DNA from: an uncultured cyanobacterium
GTDB lineage: Bacteria > Cyanobacteriota > Cyanobacteriia > CAKZMO01
DNA length: 64,000 nucleotides
Reading direction: 5' to 3'
NCBI GenBank assembly: GCA_963719515.1
Contig: CAVRCJ010000011.1
Coordinates: 256,001-320,000 of the forward strand
The stretch's first letter is position 1, and each line of letters begins with the position of its first letter. Below, piece by piece: positions 11,713-22,148 of this stretch. The notes under the pieces are model-generated. The model was not told where the DNA came from and did no database searches. It saw only the letters and a program-made list of their open reading frames with translations. Made by a program: the position numbers and the translations under genes.

Positions 11713-11899
11713 GGTTATCTAGCGTAGCGGTTATCTAGCGTAGCGGTTATCTAGCGCAATGGTATCTGCTGTAACGGCCCTTCACATAGTGCTGCTAAAC
11801 ACTGAGTGTAGCAATCCTGAGTGTAGCAATCTCGGCAGCGATTCGGTACGATGCATCTACTAAGATCAGGCCAGCTTTAATAGATCAGGCCAGCTTTAA
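11713..11899. repeat. Three adjacent short tandem duplications (16 bp x~2.75, 15 bp x2, 19 bp x~2)
   Basis: GGTTATCTAGCGTAGC 11713-11756; CTGAGTGTAGCAATC 11802-11831; AGATCAGGCCAGCTTTAA(T) 11863-11899. Confidence 0.9.
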
Positions 11900-12091
11900 A
11901 GCGGGAACGTTGTTAGAGTCGCTGTCGCCCCGCAGAGCGTCGCCGGTTCGGTACTGCCCCCAAAGTCTAGCCCTGCTTCCCTCCCCCAATGAACCCATGA
12001 AATCCCTAAACCCTCTGACACGCTCAGCGCTGATGCTGATTTACCCCCTTCACTTCACCTAGGTCAGTCACCAAGCCCAGCTAAAAATACT

Positions 12092-13204
12092 ATGTCCCAA
12101 ACCGCTGTTCGAGATGGGCTGACGCAGGCCAGCCGCGCCACTCCAGACGTTGAACTTCGCAAAGTCTTTAAGGTTTTTGACGACGACACCGCCGTTCGCG
12201 GCGCTGATTTAGCCATTCAGTCAGGCGAATTTTTTAGCATCCTAGGGCCTTCAGGCTGCGGAAAAACGACAACGCTACGGCTGATTGCGGGGTTTGAGGC
12301 CCCCACGGCGGGAGACTTACTCATTCGCGGAAAATCTGTTGTCAATGTTCCCCCCTATCGCCGCCCGGTGAACACCGTTTTCCAAAGCTATGCCCTGTTT
12401 GGCCACATGACGGTTTGGGACAACGTCGCCTTTGGGCTGCGGATTCAGCGCCAGGCCAAAGCTGCGATTCGCGATCGCGTCGATGAGGCCCTGAGGCTGG
12501 TCAAAATGGAGTCCTTTGCCCGCCGCCACCCGAGCCAGCTCTCGGGGGGGCAGCAGCAGCGGGTAGCCTTGGCGAGAGCGCTGGTAAATCGCCCTGCAGT
12601 GCTGCTGCTGGACGAGCCGCTGGGGGCATTGGACCTGAAGCTGCGCAAAGAAATGCAGATGGAGCTGTCGCACCTGCACCGGGGTCTAGGCGTCACCTTC
12701 GTGATGGTGACCCACGACCAGGAAGAGGCCCTGAGCCTCAGCGATCGCATCGCCGTTATGAACAATGGGGCCATTGAGCAGGTGGGTAGCCCCACCGAGA
12801 TTTACGATCGTCCCAGAACCGCCTTCGTAGCAGACTTTATCGGCGACACCAACCTATTTAGGGGGCGCGTCCAGCAGGGCGACAGCGCTATGCTCCAGGT
12901 TGTCACCTCCACCGGATTGTCAATACTGACCCAGGCTCCCGCTGCTGGCGCTGACGCCGCCGTAGTCGTCAGTATTCGCCCCGAGTCTATCCACCTAGCC
13001 TCCCACCCCCAAGACGTGAAAAACTGCTTTGCGGGCCAATTGACGAACGTGATGTATCTTGGGGCCCACGTTCAGTATGTGGTCAAACTTGACTCAGGCG
13101 ATCGCCTGCAGGTGCTGCAGCCCAAGGGGACGGAGCTGCTAGACCTGCATTCTCCTGTTTACGTCTGGTGGCGTGAAAGCGATAGCCTTACCCTGGCAAC
13201 TTAA
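12092..13204 (+). CDS. potA: Spermidine/putrescine ABC transporter ATP-binding protein
   Basis: [34 protein letters not shown]-terminal TOBE-like region. Confidence 0.9.
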   Translation: MSQTAVRDGLTQASRATPDVELRKVFKVFDDDTAVRGADLAIQSGEFFSILGPSGCGKTTTLRLIAGFEAPTAGDLLIRGKSVVNVPPYRRPVNTVFQSYALFGHMTVWDNVAFGLRIQRQAKAAIRDRVDEALRLVKMESFARRHPSQLSGGQQQRVALARALVNRPAVLLLDEPLGALDLKLRKEMQMELSHLHRGLGVTFVMVTHDQEEALSLSDRIAVMNNGAIEQVGSPTEIYDRPRTAFVADFIGDTNLFRGRVQQGDSAMLQVVTSTGLSILTQAPAAGADAAVVVSIRPESIHLASHPQDVKNCFAGQLTNVMYLGAHVQYVVKLDSGDRLQVLQPKGTELLDLHSPVYVWWRESDSLTLAT

Positions 13205-13368
13205 TTTTTGCTCGTAGATTTATTGACAGAGGCGAATCCAGGCTTGATACTCCTTAACATCAGATTCGAAATTGCGGGCCGTCTGTTGTTCCCGCTTGGC
13301 CCGTTCACGTCAACCCGTTCACGCTGATCCACTCACGTTAAAGATTTCTCAGGAGGCTGTCGTTCGCT

Positions 13369-14532
13369 ATGACCAGAAACCCCCGATATCCTAGCCGACG
13401 GTCGCGTCGCCTGACCCCGACGCGGCGGCGGTTTTTGCAGCTCTCTGGCGCGGCACTCTCTGGAATAGCTCTGGCGAACTGCGGACGCACGCTTTCCGAC
13501 TCGCCCGGTGACTCGGAAGACCCCGCCTCTACAGAGGGCGCAGCGGAAGCAGGGGCCGACAAGGACACCCTCTATATCTACACTTGGGCCGACTACGTAG
13601 ACGAAGGTCTGCTGGCCCTGTTCACCGAGCGTACGGGCTACGAAGCCGTATCCGACGTCTACGACTCGAATGAGACCATGCTGGCACGGCTACAGGCCGG
13701 GGGCGGGGAGAACTACAGCATCATCTACCCCTCGGACTACATGGTGCAGGAGATGATCGGGCTGGACTTGCTCAGCGAGCTGGACCCCGAGCAGCTACAG
13801 GGCATGGACAAGATTCGCGAGAAGTGGCAAGACCCGGTGTACGACGGGCAGAACCGTCACAGCGTGCCCGTCAGCTGGGGCACCACGGGACTGCTGTTTA
13901 ATAAAGCTGAGCTGGGCGACGCCCCGGATGACTGGGACTACCTGTGGGACAGCACAGATGACATTTCGGGCCGCTTGACCCTGCTGGACGACATGCGAGA
14001 AACCTTAGGGGCCGTCCTCAGGTCTCTGGGCTATTCCTACAACAGTACAGACGAAGGCGAAATCGAAGAGGCCTACGAGCGGCTGCTGGAGCTAAAGCCC
14101 GCGATTACCGATTTTCAGTCCTTTGGCTATGAGGACCAGCTGCTGGGGGGCGACCTGCTGGTAGTGATGGCGTACTCGGTAGATGCGATCGCCGCGACCC
14201 TAGAGGACGAAAACTTAGAGTACATCGTCCCCAAAAGCGGCTCGTCGGTGTGGACCGATACCATGGTAATTCCCAAGAGCGCCCCTAACTCCGAGGCGGC
14301 CTACGCCTGGATGAACTTCATGCTCGATCCAGAAGTGGCGGCCAAGGCGGTAGACACCCTGTACTTCGCCACGCCCAACCAAGCGGCCTACGACCTGCTG
14401 TCTGACGAGCTGAAGGAAAACGAAGACCTGTTCCCGTCTGATGAAGTGCTCGACCAATGTGAGGGCATTGCTCCCGTCGGCGATGCGACCCAGCTGTATG
14501 AGGACTACTGGACCCAACTCACAAGCGCCTAA
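13369..14532 (+). CDS. potD: Polyamine ABC transporter substrate-binding lipoprotein (PotD/PotF family), Tat signal
   Basis: TRRRFLQ twin-arginine plus LANC lipobox; YTWADY, YDSNETM, PSDYM, WGTTG, WTDTM. Confidence 0.88.
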   Translation: MTRNPRYPSRRSRRLTPTRRRFLQLSGAALSGIALANCGRTLSDSPGDSEDPASTEGAAEAGADKDTLYIYTWADYVDEGLLALFTERTGYEAVSDVYDSNETMLARLQAGGGENYSIIYPSDYMVQEMIGLDLLSELDPEQLQGMDKIREKWQDPVYDGQNRHSVPVSWGTTGLLFNKAELGDAPDDWDYLWDSTDDISGRLTLLDDMRETLGAVLRSLGYSYNSTDEGEIEEAYERLLELKPAITDFQSFGYEDQLLGGDLLVVMAYSVDAIAATLEDENLEYIVPKSGSSVWTDTMVIPKSAPNSEAAYAWMNFMLDPEVAAKAVDTLYFATPNQAAYDLLSDELKENEDLFPSDEVLDQCEGIAPVGDATQLYEDYWTQLTSA

Positions 14533-14553
14533 CTAACTCGCGCCTAACTACCC

Positions 14554-15723
14554 ATGCCCCACCGCGCCCCCCCTTCCCGCTTCCGGCCTATTCACTCTGG
14601 GCCTTCTTCAAGCCGCCCCAGCCGCCGCCACTTCCTGCAGGGCTCTGCCGCCGCCCTCTCGGCGATCGCCCTGTCCAACTGCAGCCGTCAGCTGTCCGAC
14701 GTCAAGGACGACGCCTCGGCTCCGAAAGGTGAGGCGGCTGGCGGCAAGGCGTCCGGGACACTCAACGTCTACACCTGGGCCGACTACAGCGACGAAGATC
14801 TGGTGGCCGAGTTCACCAAGGAAACCGGCATCGAGGTGACGATAGATATCTACGAGTCGAATGAGGCCATGCTGGCCAAGCTGCAGGCCGGGGGCGGCGA
14901 CAAGTACAGCATCATGTACCCATCGGACTACATGGTGCAGCAGATGATGGGTCTAGAGCTGCTCGCTGAACTCGACCCGGACCGGCTCAAGGGGCTAGAT
15001 ACGCTGCAGCCCAAGTGGGAAGACCCCGGCTACAACCCCGGCAACACCCACAGCGTTCCCGTGAGCTGGGGCACCACCGGTTTGATCTATAACGCCGACG
15101 CGCTCACCAACCCTCCTCAAGACTGGGACTATCTGTGGGACCAAAAGGGCCGCCTGTCCCGCCGTATGACCCTTTTGGACGATATGCGGGAGACGATGGG
15201 GGCAATGCTCAAGTCCCTGGGCTATTCCTATAATGAGACAGACCCCGACAAGCTGGAGGAGGCCTACGAGCGTCTAGTGGACCTCAAGCCAGCGGTGTCT
15301 TCGTTCAAGTCCTTTGGCTGGGAAGACCAGCTGTTTGGCGGCGACAGCCTGCTGGCAATGGTCTACTCGGTGGATGCGATCGCCGCCACGCTGAAAAGCT
15401 CAAAGCTCAAATACGTCATTCCAGAGAGCGGCTCTTCGGTGTGGACGGACACCATGGTGATTCCTGAAGGTGCTCCCAACGTGGATGCGGCCTACGCCTG
15501 GATCAACTTTATGCTGACGCCCGAGGTGGCAGCGGCGGCGGTGGAGCGACTCAAGTTTGCTACCCCCAACCAGGCGGCCTTCGACCTAGTGTCCAGCGAC
15601 CTAACCGAAAACAAAGACCTGTTTCCACCTCAGTCCATCCTCGACAAGTGCGACGGCATTGCTCCAGTAGGGGACGCCATCGACCTCTACGATCGCTACT
15701 GGACCCAGATCAAAAGCCTATAG
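14554..15723 (+). CDS. potD: Second PotD/PotF family substrate-binding lipoprotein, Tat signal
   Basis: SRRHFLQ plus LSNC; same motifs as the upstream paralogue. Confidence 0.88.
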   Translation: MPHRAPPSRFRPIHSGPSSSRPSRRHFLQGSAAALSAIALSNCSRQLSDVKDDASAPKGEAAGGKASGTLNVYTWADYSDEDLVAEFTKETGIEVTIDIYESNEAMLAKLQAGGGDKYSIMYPSDYMVQQMMGLELLAELDPDRLKGLDTLQPKWEDPGYNPGNTHSVPVSWGTTGLIYNADALTNPPQDWDYLWDQKGRLSRRMTLLDDMRETMGAMLKSLGYSYNETDPDKLEEAYERLVDLKPAVSSFKSFGWEDQLFGGDSLLAMVYSVDAIAATLKSSKLKYVIPESGSSVWTDTMVIPEGAPNVDAAYAWINFMLTPEVAAAAVERLKFATPNQAAFDLVSSDLTENKDLFPPQSILDKCDGIAPVGDAIDLYDRYWTQIKSL

Positions 15724-15732
15724 GACGCTAGC

Positions 15733-17192
15733 TTGGCCCATCGAATTCTCATTTGGTACCGCAACGACCTGCGGCTGCACGACCACGAGCCAATTACCCA
15801 GGCCCTCAAGGCCGGAGCCCAGGTGGTGCCGGTCTACTGCTTTGACCCCCGCCAGTTTGGCACCACGGCATTTGGGTTTGCGAAGACGGGGCCGTTTCGC
15901 GCCCGGTTTCTGCGGGAGAGCGTGGCAGACCTGCGGCAGAGCCTGCGATCGCTAGGGAGCGACCTGGTGATTCGCTGCGGGGAGCCCGAAGCCGTTCTGC
16001 CCAAGCTGGTGCGCGAGCTAGGCATCAGCAGCGTCTACTTTTACCGGGAAGCCACTTCAGAAGAGACGCGGGTGGAGGCAGCGCTAGCCCAGGCGCTAGC
16101 CCCTCTGGGCGTCAAGACGAAGTCTTTTTGGGGCGCAACGCTGCACCATGTAGACGACCTGCCGTTTGATCTGAGCAAGCTGCCGGATCTATTCACCCGC
16201 TTTCGCAAGGCGGTAGAGAAAGAGTCTACCGTCTACCCCACTTTTCCTCAGCCCGATGGGCTCACGCCCTTACCCGACGTTGACCCTGAGGCGCTGCCTA
16301 CTTTAGAGAGCCTGGGCGTCGAGGCTAAAGCCCCAGACGAGCGGGGTGTCCTGGACTTTGAGGGAGGGGAGACGGCGGGGCAGCAGCGCCTGGGGGACTA
16401 TTTCTGGCAGCAGGATGCACTGCGCCGCTACAAGCAGACCCGCAACGGCATGCTGGGGGCCGACTATTCTTCTAAGTTTTCGCCCTGGCTGGCCCTGGGC
16501 TGCCTGTCGCCGCGCTACATCTACGAGACGGTGCAGAACGTATGAGACCGAGCGCGTTGCCAACGACTCCACCTACTGGCTGGTGTTTGAGCTGCGCTGG
16601 CGCGACTACTTCCGGTTTGTGGCTCTCAAGTATGATGACGCGCTCTTTCGCCCCTCCGGCATTCAGGGCATTGAGATTCCTTGGGAGCACGACTGGGACC
16701 GCTTCGAGCGTTGGCAGAAGGGGGAGACGGGCTTTCCGCTGGTGGATGCCAATATGCGAGAGCTAGCAGCTACGGGCTTTATGTCTAACCGAGGGCGGCA
16801 AAACGTCGCTAGCTTTTTGACCAAAAACCTGGGCATTGACTGGCGGATGGGGGCCGAGTGGTTTGAGTCGCGCCTGGTAGATTACGACGTGTGCAGCAAC
16901 TACGGCAACTGGAACTACACCGCTGGGGTCGGTAACGATGCGCGCGGGTTCCGCTATTTCAATATCCCCAAGCAGTCGAAGGACTATGACGCCAAGGGGC
17001 ATTACGTGAAGCACTGGCTGCCGCAGCTGGAGCGAGGTGCCCGCGAGCAAGGTGCACGAACCCTGGAAACTATCGGCAGAGGAGCAAAAGCACTGCGGCG
17101 TGAGAATTGGGGTTGATTATCCCAATCCGATTGTGGACCTGTACAAGTCGGTGAAGCACAACGAGCGGCTTTACAACGAGGCGGTGGGGTGA
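15733..17192 (+). CDS. DASH family cryptochrome, two frameshifts (about 16537 and 17029; probable sequencing errors)
   Basis: [62 protein letters not shown]. Removing one A and one G gives a continuous frame ending ...YPNPIVDL...EAVG* at 17192. Confidence 0.88.
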
Positions 17193-17330
17193 GCCGGAGT
17201 TCTTTACCTCAGTTTGATGAAGTATGGGGCGATTCAGCAGCGGTCTATCGGGCGTTCGTGGAGGGTGGCGACTATTCACAGCCAGCACTTCTGCGTTTGA
17301 TGCCCAATTTCTAAAAGCAAGACTTCGGGA

Positions 17331-17564
17331 TTGAACAAAGCAGAACAGCGATCGCTGTTTGAGTTTTTGCAGAAGTTTGAGGTCTGCCATCTTACAGAAG
17401 CCACGTCCAGACAAGCGATCGCGCTAATGCAGGCCTATACGCTCAGTCATGGGCTAAAAATTCCAGATGCATTGATTGCAGCTGCTGCGATCGCGAGCGG
17501 GATGACACTGCTGAGCAAAAATTAACGGCACTATCGCGTTATGCCTAGCCTCAAGCGGCTCTAG
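17331..17564 (+). pseudogene. PIN-domain (VapC-like) toxin remnant
   Basis: SHGLKIPDALIAAAAI...LLSKN*RHYR; lacks the N-terminal DT motif; premature TAA at 17523. Confidence 0.65.
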
Positions 17565-17575
17565 CATCCCAAGAA

Positions 17576-18067
17576 TTATTCTTCTAAAGCAATCAGCAGC
17601 TTGCGAAGCAGGGTCGCCAACTCATCTTGGTCTGTCCCCTCTAATGGGCCAAGCAGACGGTGCATATTTTCAACGTGAGCCTCGACCGCCGTCTCAATCA
17701 GGTTAAAGCCCTTCGGCTTCAGCTGAATCAACGTGCCCCGGCGATCGCTGGGGTCCGCAATTCGCTCCACTAGATCTGCTTGCTCTAGGCGATCGACGCG
17801 GTGGGTCATGGTGCCCGAAGAGACCATCATGGTGTTGAACAGCTCAGTGGGAGAAAGCTGATAGGGCGCTCCCGAACGGCGCAGCGTTGCCAAAACGTCA
17901 AACTCTCCAGGGCGCAGGTCAAACTCCGAGAAAGTGGCCTGCACAGAGCGGCTTATATATTTAGAGACTCTCGCCAGTCTGCCGACGATGCCCATAGGAG
18001 AGGGGTCTAGGTCGGGGCGCTCTCGCCGCCACTGTATCAAAATCTCATCAACTGGGTCGGAGGCCAT
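17576..18067 (-). CDS. pecS: MarR family regulator, PecS/UrtR subfamily
   Basis: DPVDEILIQWRRERPDLD N-terminus, EFDVLATLRRSG, SGTMTHRVDRLE; divergent from an EamA exporter. Confidence 0.82.
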   Translation of the reverse strand: MASDPVDEILIQWRRERPDLDPSPMGIVGRLARVSKYISRSVQATFSEFDLRPGEFDVLATLRRSGAPYQLSPTELFNTMMVSSGTMTHRVDRLEQADLVERIADPSDRRGTLIQLKPKGFNLIETAVEAHVENMHRLLGPLEGTDQDELATLLRKLLIALEE

Positions 18068-18100
18068 CGCGATGCCTTACCTAGAGGTTTCGTATCGACA

Positions 18101-18197
18101 ATCTTAACATTGAGACAAAAGATAAATCTTGACGCAGAGTTTCTTGATATCGAGACATCTGCTAGAATCTTCGCATAGAGTTTCTTGACATCAAGAT
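18101..18197. promoter_or_regulatory. Array of imperfect palindromes (consensus about TCTTGAnnTCAAGA), probable PecS operators
   Basis: ATCTTAACATTGAGAC, ATCTTGACGCAGAGT, TTCTTGATATCGAGAC, ATCTTCGCATAGAGT, TTCTTGACATCAAGAT in the pecS-pecM intergenic region. Confidence 0.7.
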
Positions 18198-18201
18198 AAT
18201 C

Positions 18202-19059
18202 ATGACGCGCCCGACCCGCCTTTCCGACATTCTGATAACGGCCCTTGCCCCCATATCCTGGGGCACGACCTACGCGGTCGCCACCGAGTTTCTCCCCCCT
18301 AACCATCCGCTGCTGGTGGCCGCCATGCGCACTTTACCCATCGGCCTACTGATGACGCTGGGCAGGCGCAGGCTTCCTCAGGGCCACTGGTGGTGGCGCA
18401 TTTTTGTCTTGGGAGCGCTGAATATCGGTGTCTTTCAGGCACTGTTGTTCGTGGCAGCCTACCGACTGCCGGGGGGCGTGGCGGCGACGGCAGGAGCGAT
18501 TCAGCCGCTGCTCGTCGTGCTGTTTGCTTGGCTAATTTTGAGCAACCGGCCCACAAAGCTGGCGATCGCCGCAGCCGTTGCCGGTTTTGTAGGAGTGGGT
18601 CTGCTAGTGCTGAGTCCCGAAGCGCAGCTAGACGGCCTCGGCGTTGTAGCGGCATTAGGTGGGGCTATGGCCATGGGCGTAGGAACGGTGCTGGTCAAGC
18701 AGTGGAAGCCACCGGTTTCCCTCATTACCTTCACGGCCTGGCAACTCACGGTGGGCGGGCTGCTGCTGCTGCCGCTGGGCCTCATCGTTGAGGGACCGTT
18801 TGAGACGCTTTCAAAAACAAACCTATGGGCCTTCGTTTACCTGGGCCTGATCGGCACAGGGCTTGCCTATGCCCTGTGGTTTCGCGGTATTGACAAGCTC
18901 AGCGCCGCGGCAGCCGCCTACCTGGGCTTGCTGAGTCCACTCGTCGCCACCCTTGTTGGTTATGGATTTCTTCAGGAAACGCTATCGCCGGTGCAGCTCA
19001 CCGGCATTGCCGTGGTGCTCGCCAGCGTTCTAGTGGGGCAGCAGGCTGCATCTCAGTGA
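18202..19059 (+). CDS. pecM: EamA/DMT family exporter (PecM-like)
   Basis: TALAPISWGTTYAVATEFLPP, AAYRLPGGVAA; about 10 TM segments. Confidence 0.85.
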   Translation: MTRPTRLSDILITALAPISWGTTYAVATEFLPPNHPLLVAAMRTLPIGLLMTLGRRRLPQGHWWWRIFVLGALNIGVFQALLFVAAYRLPGGVAATAGAIQPLLVVLFAWLILSNRPTKLAIAAAVAGFVGVGLLVLSPEAQLDGLGVVAALGGAMAMGVGTVLVKQWKPPVSLITFTAWQLTVGGLLLLPLGLIVEGPFETLSKTNLWAFVYLGLIGTGLAYALWFRGIDKLSAAAAAYLGLLSPLVATLVGYGFLQETLSPVQLTGIAVVLASVLVGQQAASQ

Positions 19060-19136
19060 TTACTCTCCGACCGGGGGCGCTCCCCCGTATGTTTGGTTTT
19101 GGCTACAGGCTTACTTTCAGATTAAGGCAAATTATC

Positions 19137-19550
19137 ATGGCTCAAATTCAGCACATCAATCCCGATCGCTTGGGCAATCCCACCCATTATGGCTTCAACA
19201 CCGTCGTCATTCCCCCTCTCGACAGCACGCTAGTTTTCATTGCGGGGCAAGGGGGACGAGACAAAGCGGGACACCTGGCAGACGACTTTGAAACTCAGCT
19301 CAAGCAGGCGTTCGCCAATTTGCGCACGGCCTTAGCTGCCGCCGGGGCCACTCCAGAGCAGGTGGTGAAAATTACGGTGCTGACGGTGGACCACAATGCT
19401 GACAAGCAGCGGCTAATCTCTGCTGAGCGCAACGCCATGTGGCCCAATGAGCTAGGCAAACCCGCCAGTACGCTAATTCCGGTGCCTCGTCTAGCAGGAG
19501 ACGGCATGCTGTTTGAGATCGATGCGATCGCCGCCATTCCAACGCCCTAA
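19137..19550 (+). CDS. RidA/YjgF family protein
   Basis: VFIAGQ, PASTLIPVPRLA, FEIDAIA; ATG at 19137 preferred over the ORF-track start. Confidence 0.85.
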   Translation: MAQIQHINPDRLGNPTHYGFNTVVIPPLDSTLVFIAGQGGRDKAGHLADDFETQLKQAFANLRTALAAAGATPEQVVKITVLTVDHNADKQRLISAERNAMWPNELGKPASTLIPVPRLAGDGMLFEIDAIAAIPTP

Positions 19551-19593
19551 AATTCGCCGTAAACCGTTTAATTCTTTTAGGAGTACTAAACCC

Positions 19594-20238
19594 ATGACCC
19601 CCGATCAAATTCTTCAAACCCTCCACTGGCGCTACGCTGCAAAGAAGTTTGACCCCAGCCGAATGATTCCAGACGAGGCTTGGCAGGCCCTGGAGCAAAG
19701 CCTGGTTCTCGCACCGTCCTCCTTCGGTCAGCAACCCTGGAAGTTTTTCGTTATTCGCAACCCTGACCTGCGCCAACAGCTCCAAGAGCAAGCCTTCAAT
19801 CAGACTAAAGTTACCGAGGCGTCTCACTTGGTTGTATTAGCGGCCAAAACCGACATCGGCGATCGCGACGTCGATCGCTACATCGATCGCGTCTCTGAGC
19901 TACGCCAAACCCCTAAAGACCAGTTAGAAGGGCTTGAAAACGCCGTCAAAGGATTTTTACACAACCCTCCATTCCCGCTGCAGCCCAAGTCCTGGGCGGC
20001 GCGGCAGGTCTACCTGGCTCTGGGCTTCTTTATTTACAGCGCGGCGCTGCTGGGAATCGACGCCTGCCCCATAGAGGGGTTTATGCCCGATAAATTTGAC
20101 GAGATTTTGGGATTGCCGGAGCAAGGCTACTCGGCAGTCGTGCTGTGTGCCGTAGGGTACCGGGCTGAGGATGACTCCCTAGCCGCAAAGGCTAAGGTTC
20201 GCTACGCCACTAAAACCGTAGTGCAGTATATCGACTAA
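19594..20238 (+). CDS. NAD(P)H-dependent nitroreductase (NfsB-like)
   Basis: WRYAAKKFD, LAPSSFGQQPW, GIDACPIEGF; AGGAG RBS before ATG 19594. Confidence 0.88.
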   Translation: MTPDQILQTLHWRYAAKKFDPSRMIPDEAWQALEQSLVLAPSSFGQQPWKFFVIRNPDLRQQLQEQAFNQTKVTEASHLVVLAAKTDIGDRDVDRYIDRVSELRQTPKDQLEGLENAVKGFLHNPPFPLQPKSWAARQVYLALGFFIYSAALLGIDACPIEGFMPDKFDEILGLPEQGYSAVVLCAVGYRAEDDSLAAKAKVRYATKTVVQYID

Positions 20239-20301
20239 GCGCAATACTTTGCGTTGGGCCTATGGGGCGGCGATCGCCCCAGCGCAAAATCTTCGGAATA
20301 T

Positions 20302-21150
20302 TTAGCTTGTCCCTGAAAACGCTTTTGTAGCCGGTCCCGTCATATATAAGTGGTTGTTCTCCCCCCACTCAACGTCCAAGTTCCCGCCCGGCAGCTCGAC
20401 GGTCGCGCGGCGATCGCTTTTCCCATTCAGCACCGCCGCCACCAAAGACGCGCAGGCCCCCGTGCCGCAGGCCAGGGTCGCCCCCGCACCTCTCTCCCAC
20501 ACCCGCATCTTTAAGTAGTCCCGCGCCACCACCTGGATAAACTCAGTATTGGTGCGCTGGGGAAAGGTGGAGTGGTGCTCAAACTGAGGACCGATGGCCG
20601 CTAGGTCGATAGCCTCGGCGTCATCTACAAAAGTGATGCAGTGAGGATTGCCCATGCTCACCGCCGTGACGCGCCAGGTTTGGCCGGCCACCTCTAGGGA
20701 GCAGTCCACCGCCTTCTCGTCAGGGGCCACCAGCGTCGTCGGCACGTCTTTTGCAAGCAGAATCGGCTCCCCCATGTCGACAGTCACCTGACCATCCCGG
20801 CGCAGGGTGGGCCGCATGATGCCCGCTTTAGTATCAATGCGGTAAGTTGGCTCTGCCGCCGCATCCGCCCCATCCACATCGGCGATGAAGCGGGCCAGAC
20901 AGCGGATGCCGTTGCCGCACATCTCCGGCTCGGAGCCGTCAGAGTTGAAGATACGCATGGCGTAGTCGGCGTCTTGAGCCGGCAGGGCAAAAATGACGCC
21001 GTCTGCTCCAATGCCAAAGTGGCGATCGCACCACCGAATGGCGTCCTCCGGCGTTAGGCCGGGTTCAGCCTGCTGGCGATTATCGAGCAGAATAAAGTCG
21101 TTGCCGAGACCGTGATACTTAGCGAAGGGTTGCGGCATGTTGTGAACCAT
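20302..21150 (-). CDS. dapF: Diaminopimelate epimerase
   Basis: [35 protein letters not shown]. Confidence 0.96.
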   Translation of the reverse strand: MVHNMPQPFAKYHGLGNDFILLDNRQQAEPGLTPEDAIRWCDRHFGIGADGVIFALPAQDADYAMRIFNSDGSEPEMCGNGIRCLARFIADVDGADAAAEPTYRIDTKAGIMRPTLRRDGQVTVDMGEPILLAKDVPTTLVAPDEKAVDCSLEVAGQTWRVTAVSMGNPHCITFVDDAEAIDLAAIGPQFEHHSTFPQRTNTEFIQVVARDYLKMRVWERGAGATLACGTGACASLVAAVLNGKSDRRATVELPGGNLDVEWGENNHLYMTGPATKAFSGTS

Positions 21151-21242
21151 GTAACTGTGCTCCTATTCGATGCCCCTACTGGGAGTATTCTGATACATTT
21201 GTGAGCATTAGCCGTACATGCCATCAGGCCGAAGTGTGACCT

Positions 21243-21464
21243 ATGACGACGACTCGTGAGTTCAATACTGATTTGCCCAGTGTAAGACAAATTCAAACCT
21301 TCATTCGCGAGGAGCAAGAGGTAGAGCTAAAGCTGGCCACTAACGATCTGCTGACGGGGAAGATCCGGTGGCAGGACGCCAACTGCGTTTGCCTAATGGA
21401 CCAGTACAACCAATCCACGCTGATTTGGCATCAGGCGATCGTTTTTATCAAGCCAAGGCTTTAA
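21243..21464 (+). CDS. hfq: Cyanobacterial Hfq-like RNA chaperone
   Basis: LPSVRQIQTFI...ELKLATNDLLTGKIRWQD Sm-fold; divergent from dapF as in other cyanobacteria. Confidence 0.88.
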   Translation: MTTTREFNTDLPSVRQIQTFIREEQEVELKLATNDLLTGKIRWQDANCVCLMDQYNQSTLIWHQAIVFIKPRL

Positions 21465-21965
21465 GCGCGAAGTCTATAGCTTTCAAAAGAGCTGCAAGGT
21501 TAGGAAATTGACTCTAAGTGTAGGAGCGGTGAAGCAGGACAACAAAAGATACTGCACTAAGCGGCAAAACTTAGCGAAATAGACAGTGCTCGCCGCAGGA
21601 ATAAGTACTGCTTCGTGCTTTTTTTGACCTTTTAGAGAGGCTTTTGGCGGCAAAAAAGTGAAGAGTTCTGCTTAAAAAGCAGCATAGGTCTGCTGTCTCT
21701 AATGCTTGAGGCTAGAGGGTTTTTCCCAAAGACTGAAAGTTTATCGTGACTTTGCAGTTTAAGCTCTCCATATTTATGCGGAGTTCATTGATTACCTTGG
21801 GGTATGGATTAGATTAGATGTATAGAAGGCTACGGACTCAAGACATTATCTGTGGCCTTCTCCACTCTCGGATTGGTTGAGTTATTGCCGACCAACAAAC
21901 CGAATCCAGGGATGCATCTTTAACAGTCTTGACACCCAAAGAACAGTCAATTCCCCGGAACATAA

Positions 21966-22148
21966 ATGAACACCTTTTCGACTCCTCGCTCGCACCGCCG
22001 CAGCTTTGTTCAACTGACCTCATGGTTCGGCCTTGCCGCAGCGCTCGTTATCATTGCCGACTATCAGCCGCCTGAGCAGCAGCTGCCCCCGAACGATTAC
22101 CCGCCGACGACGGCTATGGGCCAGCCGGTTGATCTGACGCTAAGCTGA
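21966..22148 (+). CDS. Small hypothetical single-TM protein
   Basis: 60-aa ORF with a basic N-terminus, a hydrophobic segment and a Pro-rich tail. Confidence 0.4.
   Translation: MNTFSTPRSHRRSFVQLTSWFGLAAALVIIADYQPPEQQLPPNDYPPTTAMGQPVDLTLS

Noticed and set aside
11713..11899. Possible CRISPR array
   Set aside because: Units are 15-19 bp, directly abutting, three different sequences, no spacers, and no cas genes in the window
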